Of a stretch of DNA of 64,000 nt, positions 57,346 to 64,000 are shown piece after piece (the first letter of the stretch is position 1; each line of letters begins with the position of its first letter). Made by a program: the position numbers and the translations under genes. The stretch is from a virus: positions 1 through 64,000 of the IMG/VR virus record IMGVR_UViG_3300037247_000655. One strand, written 5' to 3'. The notes beneath the pieces were generated by a model. The model was given only the letters and a program-made list of their open reading frames with translations. It made no database searches and was not told the origin of the DNA.

Positions 57346-57461
57346 GGTGTATAAGATAGATGGACGGAAGCCATGAGCAGGCGTCAAACAAGAGTTACGC
57401 CATCCTTGCGCGTCGTTCGCTACCTTAGTACTCGGGACCTGAAACACGGTCCCGCTTTTTT
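57346..57461 (+). ncRNA. Candidate small RNA between a class-2 promoter (57346) and a terminator
   Basis: GGTGTATAA, about 100 nt without a credible ORF, hairpin GGCGT..ACGCC, terminator CGGGACC-tgaaacac-GGTCCCG followed by a T run. Confidence 0.45.
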
Positions 57462-57470
57462 ATTTCTTGT

Positions 57471-57499
57471 GGAACACGGGGTGCGGTTGAACGTATAAT
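57471..57499 (+). promoter_or_regulatory. Class-1 promoter GGAACA-N15-CGTATAAT
   Basis: Recurrent motif at the head of the tmRNA/tRNA block. Confidence 0.75.
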
Positions 57500-57558
57500 A
57501 GATAACGACATAGTGTCGTTCTCGGGGGTGAGCCCGGCGATCTGTGGGAGAAAAGCCA

Positions 57559-57714
57559 ATGGCAGATAAGATTGAGATGATTTCTATTCCTCAAAAGGAA
57601 TATGATCAGCTAGTAAGTGATCAAAGATGGTTGGCAGCTCTGGAGGCTGCTGGGATTGACAACTGGGATGGGTGCGACATAGCGCGTGAAGCCATGTCCG
57701 AGTATGGTAATTGA
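57559..57714 (+). CDS. Small phage protein (51 aa)
   Basis: MADKIEM...WLAALEAAGIDNWDG; RBS GGGAG. Confidence 0.65.
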   Translation: MADKIEMISIPQKEYDQLVSDQRWLAALEAAGIDNWDGCDIAREAMSEYGN

Positions 57715-57840
57715 AGTAGGAGAAAAAATATGTGGTATAATAAGCCGAAGCCAAAGCTACGGGGTGTAGCACTAATAGATTCTGTGGCCAATCGTTTCAA
57801 TGATATGGTCGATGAACTGGAAGTTGGTATGTAGATATAA

Positions 57841-58192
57841 GGGGCTGAAAGGTTTCGACAGGGTAAGTGAAGATTATGTGGCGTGCCGAGGTTGTCAGTG
57901 GGCCTCGTTAAACAACTGATAAAAAAGTCTTAAACGGCGAATCCAAGTTCAAATTGGCTGCGTAGCAGCCCGTCAACCAGAAGACGCCTACTATTCTGCA
58001 AGACGACGACCAGTTGGCTAGTGTTTGTTTGATACCTAACCGAATTAACGCGAAACAATAGTTGGGCATGGAAAAACAAAAGCCTGTCGATTGGCGTTTG
58101 TGGCTTCGAGATTTAAACAATCGAATATGCACGTAGAAGGCATGATTTAATCTATTCCTGGACCCGACTTTCGAAAGTCGGCAGCTCCACCA
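57841..58192 (+). ncRNA. ssrA: tmRNA, tag peptide (A)GESKFKLAA
   Basis: 5' GGGGCTGAAAGGTTTCGAC and 3' CAGCTCCACCA with the G3-U pair; tag ORF 57936..57965 ending LAA-stop. Confidence 0.93.
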
Positions 58193-58271
58193 GGGCAGTT
58201 AGTTCAATAGGTAGAACGCAACCCAGCAGGACCAAGGGTTGAGGTTGTAGGTTCGAATCCTTCACTGCCCA
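58193..58271 (+). tRNA. tRNA-like RNA with a 13-nt anticodon loop (no assignable anticodon)
   Basis: Acceptor GGGCAGT/ACTGCCC, D arm GTTC/GAAC, T loop TTCGAAT; stem CAACC/GGTTG closes the loop CAGCAGGACCAAG. Confidence 0.75.
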
Positions 58272-58288
58272 TTGTTTGGAGGTATATT

Positions 58289-58926
58289 GTGTTCAATCTC
58301 ATTGGTTTCCGGACAGATTATGAATATGGTTATGGTGGATATACTGGTGTAACTAATTCTGTCGAAAAAATAGTAGCTACTTTTGACTCAGAAAATGATG
58401 CGAGAGTATATATTAAAAAATCCAAACTGAAAAATGCCACCACATGGACCGAAAGACCATTCAGAAAAAATAGTCTTTTGTGTTATTTTCAGGACGCAGA
58501 GGTTAAAGAGGTGGTCAAAGATGATTCGCCTCCACACAACCCCACGCTTAGAGAGGGAAAGAGGAAGATATGAACTTAGAACAAGCAAAAGCAAAGTTGG
58601 ACACTATTAGCAAGTCTACAGCGATTCAACACCCTAAGGTCCTGGTTAGTGAACTATGCGTAGTGGTAAAGTTTTTGTTGGACGAAATAGAGAGGGTGAA
58701 GTCGCCTAATATGGTATCACTTTTGAAACAACCTCTTGATCCAAATCAACCAATACATACGCCACCGCCAAGTACTAATAAGCCGGATATTCCATTTATT
58801 CCCCACAAACATCCATGGCCAGATACGCCCAAAAGGACGGTTTGCCCCGATACACCGCCCACACGTCGCGAAGATCCAAGTGTGCCGCCCATACGTAGAA
58901 AGGGAAACGCAGGGGACGCTACGTAA
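58289..58926 (+). CDS. Two hypothetical proteins (58289..58573; Pro-rich 58570..58926)
   Basis: RBSs GGAGG and GAGGA; overlapping stop and start. Confidence 0.6.
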
Positions 58927-58950
58927 ATTAGTGAGACAGGAGGAAGCATT

Positions 58951-59916
58951 ATGATGGAAGTTTCTGAACATACATGTGATGTCGTTGAAATTAAGCTACG
59001 AATCCACTCAAACGCAGATGCGTTGAGCCTGGTTCATGTGGGTGATTTTCAGTGTGCCGTAAGAACTGCTGATTGGAAAGATGGCGATCTTGCTATCTAT
59101 ATTCCACCAGACAGTATTGTGCCAGACACAAAAGAGTTTGAATTCTTGGGCGAACACAAAAGGATTAAAGCTAGGAAATTGCGTGGTGAGTGGTCTGTCG
59201 GATTGTTAATACCTGCACCGTCCGATGCCAAGATTGGTGACGATTACATGGAAAAGTTGGGGATCACGCATTATGAACCACAAATCCATGGACATTTTAG
59301 TACAGGTGGAGACAATGTTACACCCCCAGAGGGATTTTTCCCTAAATATGACGTATTGAACTTCCGTAGATATTCCGAGTTTTTCGAGGAGGGTGAAGAA
59401 GTAATTGTTACCGAAAAATTACACGGAGCTAATGCTCGCTTTGTTTGTATAGACGATCTTATATATTGTGGATCTCGTAACCATTGGAAAAAAGAAGATC
59501 CCAACAATCTATGGTGGAAAGCACTGAAGAACTGCCAAGTGTTAGATGCGTGGCTTAGGCATCATCAGAATCTAATAGTATACGGAGAGGTGTTCGGTCA
59601 AGTCCAGAACTTGAAATATGGAGCTTTGCCTGGAGAGGTTAAGTTTGCAGCTTTCGATATTCTCAGGGGTGATAAGTGGCTAGATTTTGATGAAGCTCAT
59701 GAGGTTGGTGCTCCATTGCCATGGGTTCCACTTGTCTATCGTGGTTCGTTTGACAAAGAGCAAATTCTGACATTAGCCGAAGGAGACTCTAGTTACCCAG
59801 GTGCGCAGCATCATCGCGAAGGTGTCGTAGTTAAACCAATACACGAACGTACGGAAAGAAAAATAGGAAGGCTGCAACTTAAAATAGTTGGAAATAGGTA
59901 TTTGTCAAAATCATGA
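58951..59916 (+). CDS. RNA ligase, DRB0094 (Rnl5-like) family
   Basis: N-terminal HSNADAL OB-like domain; TEKLHG, YGEVFG, FDI, REGVVVK, LKIV..RYL. Confidence 0.9.
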   Translation: MMEVSEHTCDVVEIKLRIHSNADALSLVHVGDFQCAVRTADWKDGDLAIYIPPDSIVPDTKEFEFLGEHKRIKARKLRGEWSVGLLIPAPSDAKIGDDYMEKLGITHYEPQIHGHFSTGGDNVTPPEGFFPKYDVLNFRRYSEFFEEGEEVIVTEKLHGANARFVCIDDLIYCGSRNHWKKEDPNNLWWKALKNCQVLDAWLRHHQNLIVYGEVFGQVQNLKYGALPGEVKFAAFDILRGDKWLDFDEAHEVGAPLPWVPLVYRGSFDKEQILTLAEGDSSYPGAQHHREGVVVKPIHERTERKIGRLQLKIVGNRYLSKS

Positions 59917-59940
59917 TATCAATAGAAAGGTAGGTACATA

Positions 59941-60219
59941 ATGCCATATATTCCAAGGGAGGACAGGGCCGTTTATGATGATGACATCAATAGTTTGGGT
60001 TCATCATTAGATTGCTTGTCCAATGACCAGTTAGCCGGTCATCTTAACTATATCTTTTTCCGTCTGGCAGGCAGCATGTGTACTGGAGATGATATGTCGT
60101 ATGCAAGAGCTGCCGTTGTTTCATCTGCTCTTAGTGAAGCACAAGCTGAATTCCGTCGTAGGGTTATGGCTCCTTATGAAAATGAAAAAATCAAAGAAAA
60201 TGGGGATATTGAATTTTGA
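59941..60219 (+). CDS. Hypothetical phage protein (MPYI... type)
   Basis: MPYIP...GHLNY...EFRRRV.APYE..KI.ENGD. Confidence 0.65.
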   Translation: MPYIPREDRAVYDDDINSLGSSLDCLSNDQLAGHLNYIFFRLAGSMCTGDDMSYARAAVVSSALSEAQAEFRRRVMAPYENEKIKENGDIEF

Positions 60220-60223
60220 TATT

Positions 60224-60296
<73 letters not shown>

Positions 60297-60300
60297 TTTA

Positions 60301-60452
60301 GGCGACGGTTTTTGTGTTTATTTTGTTGGGGCAGCACACGACAGGTAGTCGGCTGAGGCGGGGTGTCCCTAAAACCGCCAAGTCCAGATATTATGGACCT
60401 ATGGACTAAAGTCACAGACAGGGGGCCGCTGGTCGAATCCAGCCCGTCGCTA
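60301..60452 (+). ncRNA. 152-nt RNA with tRNA-like acceptor and T arms and a multi-hairpin interior
   Basis: GGCGACGG/CCGTCGCT plus A; GCTGG-TCGAAT-CCAGC; internal stems GGCGG/CCGCC and GTCCA/TGGAC. Confidence 0.6.
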
Positions 60453-60480
60453 TTGTATTGGCAACTAAAAGGAGAAAGAT

Positions 60481-60786
60481 ATGTTAAGGTTAGTGTTTGG
60501 AAAGCAAAATATCGCCATTAAGTTTTATCATAAAAAATTAGAGGCTAAAGAGATACTGGATATGCATGGTGCGCGAGTAGATGGACCTCGTAGATGTACT
60601 ATGGCTAGAATAAGCTTTGATGGAGAAAAGGCAGATGATACATACGGACTATCTGTGTGTAATCCAGTGGATAATTTTAATAGATCTATTGGACGTGAAA
60701 AGTCGCTAGCAGATTGTCTGAGGAGATTCGACAAAAGGCTAAGGAGTAAAGTCTGGCAAGAATATGAAGTGCAATTTGGTTTTTAA
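60481..60786 (+). CDS. Hypothetical phage protein
   Basis: RBS AAGGAG; CNPVDNFNRSIGR motif. Confidence 0.65.
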   Translation: MLRLVFGKQNIAIKFYHKKLEAKEILDMHGARVDGPRRCTMARISFDGEKADDTYGLSVCNPVDNFNRSIGREKSLADCLRRFDKRLRSKVWQEYEVQFGF

Positions 60787-60809
60787 GATGGTTATGTGTT
60801 ATAATATGT

Positions 60810-60881
60810 GCCCGCTAAGCATAGATAGCGATGCGCGGGTTTTGTAAACCTGGGAGGTTAGTGCATGTCTAACAGTGGGCT
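60810..60881 (+). tRNA. tRNA-Thr (TGT), non-canonical D and T loops
   Basis: GCCCGCT/AGTGGGC acceptor; loop TTTGTAA; T loop TGCATGT. Confidence 0.8.
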
Positions 60882-61262
60882 TTTTCTACACAATACTAGT
60901 TGGCAGTGTCCACAGGGCGTTAACAACGCCAATAAGAAAAGGAAAAATAATGTGACTAGAAAAAATACAAAGCCAACACAACAAAGACAAACCATTGTCG
61001 AATCACCCAATGAGAAGATATTATCTTTTATCAATAGTCCCAATGTTTGGACGCCACAGAGAGAGAACGTTTGGTTAGAAGAGTTGTTTAAAATATCAGC
61101 TGTGGAGATTTATAGAAGGTACCCTCCGATGAAAAAGCCACCTAACGTTCGGAGTAGAGGAAAAAGTTCTGGATGGTTCGATAAGTAGTGTTCGTCTTAG
61201 GTTTTCAGGAAAATAGGGGCTGTGCCCAATATCAAAACTGTAAAAACGTGGAGGTGTGTTGA

Positions 61263-61484
61263 GTGAAATCGTATTGCAATGTTATAGCTGCTTTTTTGAT
61301 TATAATTGGTCTATTGTTGTGTTCTGGATGCAGACTGTTGGAAACCGTAGCTAGCGATGTCGGTGGGTGGGATATGTCGGCTTGTGTGTCTAGTTTTGAC
61401 ACATGTTGGGAACTTTTCACAGACAACACAGACAAGTTCGAAGGAGGATTCGTTGATGCTATCGGTAGTATATCGCCAGAATAG
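61263..61484 (+). CDS. Small putative lipoprotein
   Basis: Hydrophobic signal ending LCSGC; RBS GGAGGTG. Confidence 0.55.
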   Translation: MKSYCNVIAAFLIIIGLLLCSGCRLLETVASDVGGWDMSACVSSFDTCWELFTDNTDKFEGGFVDAIGSISPE

Positions 61485-61571
61485 CCTCAGAACCTCCTGT
61501 GGTGCCCTCTACTGCACTTTGTCGTCTTGCATAGGGCTGAAGACCCGTAATGTCTCAGAAAGGATTGTCGT

Positions 61572-61946
61572 ATGATACAACACTTTAGAATCTGTAATTT
61601 GGACAAGAAAGAGTTCATAGACCCCGCTACGTTCAACGAGCATGCTTCGGGAAGTCGTATTTCTGATTGTGGTACTGATTGGCATAATACTTTGAATTTT
61701 TTAACGACTCTATTGCACGATTGGAGACCAAAGGACCAAAAAGCGATTGCTGGTCATTGGGCTGGGGATAGGGTGGTAGTTGCCAATAGCTGGGGATCTC
61801 CAGAATCTGATGCTCCTATCAATCCAGATGTGAATGACGAACACGCTACTGAACCAGAACATTATAACGCTTATGGATGGTCTAAGCTTCCTGGGTGGAC
61901 TGAACTAACCGCTTCTGTATTGTTCGGTGGATTATGTCCGGAGTAG
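61572..61946 (+). CDS. Hypothetical phage protein
   Basis: NLDKKEFIDP...GHWAGDRVVV. Confidence 0.65.
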   Translation: MIQHFRICNLDKKEFIDPATFNEHASGSRISDCGTDWHNTLNFLTTLLHDWRPKDQKAIAGHWAGDRVVVANSWGSPESDAPINPDVNDEHATEPEHYNAYGWSKLPGWTELTASVLFGGLCPE

Positions 61947-62075
61947 GTTTACTAAAAACAAAGGCTTGTCCACTGAGCCCGTCTGATAAATCAGTGGTTT
62001 TTTAGCTCGCCCACCATGTGTGGAAGGAGTAACGGTGTCGTCATTATTGGCGACACTAGATTTTTTATTTTTTGT

Positions 62076-62104
62076 GCAACAAATACTGTTGTTCGGGGTA
62101 TAAT
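62076..62104 (+). promoter_or_regulatory. Class-1 promoter GCAACA-N15-GGTATAAT
   Basis: Recurrent motif after a terminator-like hairpin (62034-62070). Confidence 0.65.
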
Positions 62105-62223
62105 GATATTGTGATGAACATACATAGACAATATTTGGCCACCGGAGTATTCCACCATCTTAATCCATGCGCATTTGGTAGTGGTGCGGGCTAAGGTCTG
62201 TTTGTTATTTGATAGATCTTTTG

Positions 62224-62252
62224 GCCCGTGAGAAATACTCACGGGGTTTTTT
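62224..62252 (+). terminator. Rho-independent terminator closing a leader or sRNA of about 140 nt
   Basis: CCCGTGAG-aaata-CTCACGGG followed by a T run. Confidence 0.75.
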
Positions 62253-62267
62253 ATTGGATATAGGACT

Positions 62268-62555
62268 ATGGCAAAAACTACTGTTGTTAATATTCGTACA
62301 AATAAATATGATGTGTATATCGGCAGGGCGGGATATGGTCATGATGGTTATTTTGGTAATCCTTTCTCGGTAATAAGAGATGGTGGTCGAGAAAACGCTG
62401 TTCGCTTGTATAAGGAATATTTTCTCAATCGTATAAAAATCGATCCAGAATTTGCTCTTAAGGTTCAAGAGTTGAAAGGAAAGAAGCTTGGGTGTTTTTG
62501 TGCTCCTGAGCGATGTCATGGTAATGTGATTATTGAATATTTGGAGAAATTATGA
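62268..62555 (+). CDS. DUF4326 domain protein
   Basis: YDVYIGR...FGNPF...LKGKKLGCFCAP..CHG. Confidence 0.85.
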   Translation: MAKTTVVNIRTNKYDVYIGRAGYGHDGYFGNPFSVIRDGGRENAVRLYKEYFLNRIKIDPEFALKVQELKGKKLGCFCAPERCHGNVIIEYLEKL

Positions 62556-62899
62556 AAGTGTTAGTGTGTGGTAGTCGTTATTGGATCGATATAGAAATTA
62601 TACTAAAACGACTAGATAAGCTTCCTTGTGATACAATAATAGTAGAAGGAGGATGCTGTGGAGCTGACCTTCTGGCACGTAACGTAGCATTGGAGATCGG
62701 CTTAGAAGTGATTGAGTTTCCAGCATCTTGGAAAAAACATGGTAAAGCTGCCGGTATAATACGAAATTTTAGAATGCTAGAGACAAAACCGGAATTAATT
62801 ATTGCTTTCCATGATAATATGGCTAAGTCAAAAGGGACAAAACATACAGTATCAGAAGCTCGTAAAGCTGGAATTGAAGTTGAGATAATTAGTCATTGA
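62552..62899 (+). CDS. SLOG-family (YspA/DUF2493-like) protein
   Basis: VLVCGSR, GGCCGAD, AAGIIRN..ML, SKGT. Confidence 0.85.
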   Translation: MKVLVCGSRYWIDIEIILKRLDKLPCDTIIVEGGCCGADLLARNVALEIGLEVIEFPASWKKHGKAAGIIRNFRMLETKPELIIAFHDNMAKSKGTKHTVSEARKAGIEVEIISH

Positions 62900-62900
62900 A

Positions 62901-62976
62901 CGGAATGTAGCTCAGTCTGGTCCAGAGCACTGCGTTTGGGGCGCAGAAGTCGAGAGTTCGAATCTCTCCATTCCGA
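62901..62976 (+). tRNA. tRNA-Pro (TGG)
   Basis: Canonical cloverleaf; loop TTTGGGG. Confidence 0.93.
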
Positions 62977-62980
62977 ATCT

Positions 62981-63053
62981 TGCGGGATAGCTCAATTGGT
63001 AGAGCTGGCGGCTGTTAACCGCTGTGTTGCAGGTTCAAGTCCTGCTCCCGCAG
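62981..63053 (+). tRNA. tRNA-Asn (GTT)
   Basis: Canonical cloverleaf; loop CTGTTAA. Confidence 0.93.
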
Positions 63054-63066
63054 TTGGGGGTGCTGA

Positions 63067-63834
63067 ATGGAAATTATAGTTGTAGTTGGAATGATGCTTT
63101 GTTTTACATTTTTCGGAATGTGTGTAATACTGAAAGTCATTCATCAGCAATATTTGGATAGAAAACCAAGGCATGTGGATGCTGATATTACCATGGGCGA
63201 CAAGGTTGCCAGAATGAGAAAGACGTATGGAGATATGCTAAAAAGGTTGTCTAAGTAGAAACAACCATAAGTAGTTGTCTTGGAGATTGGTATGTCATTT
63301 GGTCCATTCAGTATTCATCAAGCCACTGAGGAAGTCGTAGCAACAGGTTGTGATGTGTCTGAACTAGACGTGTTGGTTGTCAATGAAGATGATTGGCTTG
63401 AACTGATTAATGCAAGTCCCATGTTTCAAAATGGAAATTCTGGTGATGGTGATATCAGGGTGTATGGTGTTAAAATTGTAACTAGTCGCCATACAGAACG
63501 AGGAACTATTCTAAAGGTATTTCATAACGATAATCAAATGCTATCTAAAGAGTGGACTTACAAGCGCAGCCATATACCATATGTTCCTACAATGCCTGAA
63601 AATGATTATCTACTTGCAGACAAGGTCGTATCAAGTATTGCTGATGCAGCTAATGGTATGAACAAGTTCAGTACTTCAACCAAACAAGCCGCCGATGCGA
63701 TAAAAAAGTTCGAGTCTGCTACAGCTAATGCATTTGGCATAAATAACAATAATGAAACGACAGAACATACTCCTGATATAAAAAAAGAACAGGAACCAAG
63801 ACATAGTGAGATACGAAAAGTGGAGCTAGGCTAA
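63067..63834 (+). CDS. Two hypothetical proteins (membrane-anchored 63067..63258; 63280..63834)
   Basis: ORF track; the first has an N-terminal TM helix. Confidence 0.55.
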
Positions 63835-63848
63835 AAGGGAGATACAAT

Positions 63849-64000
63849 ATGTTAGAACGTAGAAATCTTACACAAGAAGTTAATGGTAATCAGGCTAAGC
63901 TTGATGACTGCGATCATCCACACAACTTCGAACCGGTTAGACTTGAGGATGGATCTGCCAGCTTCTATCGGTGTTCAAGGTGCGGTGGTTTAGTTGACGC
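63849..64000 (+). CDS. Partial hypothetical protein running off the window edge
   Basis: RBS GGGAG; MLERRN...HNFE...CSRCG. Confidence 0.5.
   Translation, partial: MLERRNLTQEVNGNQAKLDDCDHPHNFEPVRLEDGSASFYRCSRCGGLVD

Noticed and set aside
57360-57385. SRP RNA helix-8-like GGAAG...AGCAG motif
   Set aside because: Lacks the CAGG strand and the long enclosing helix; kept only as a generic sRNA candidate.
58193-58271. +1 frameshift-suppressor tRNA explaining the three broken genes
   Set aside because: Known suppressors have 8-nt loops with U33. This loop is 13 nt with no U, and the three sites share no common quadruplet.
60301-60452. tRNA-Sec or intron-containing tRNA
   Set aside because: No UCA anticodon loop, no recognisable D arm, and far too short for a group I intron.

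Overview
A 64 kb segment of a large tailed dsDNA bacteriophage genome (Caudoviricetes, standard genetic code, no sign of host chromosome). 1-4230: a compositionally distinct block of leftward small genes, saturated with a GTCCGATAA DNA motif that ends in a dense array, plus a candidate structured RNA at the left edge. 4400-17300: rightward accessory genes, including a ubiquitin-like protein, several paralog families (one with KOW-like plus Zn-finger domains), two DEDDh exonucleases, an SMC-like ATPase and a frameshifted ATP-grasp gene. 17370-22430: leftward module with an amidase, HNH, NUDIX, MazG, ClpP, a ClpX-like Zn finger and a DNA MTase. 22750-52730: late region with a sigma factor, glycosyltransferase, Gmd, ERCC4 nuclease, intein-containing terminase, portal, prohead protease, capsid, neck proteins, modular appendage proteins, a second intein and the tail tube. 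52850-64000: HNH genes, NAD-dependent DNA ligase, and an RNA island with tmRNA, four tRNAs, two aberrant tRNA-like RNAs and an RNA ligase. Two recurrent promoter classes are visible. The strongest candidates for undescribed biology are the motif-saturated left block, the modular head-stalk-dock virion appendage system and the tRNA-mimic RNAs. All family calls and motif counts were made by eye; no searches were run.
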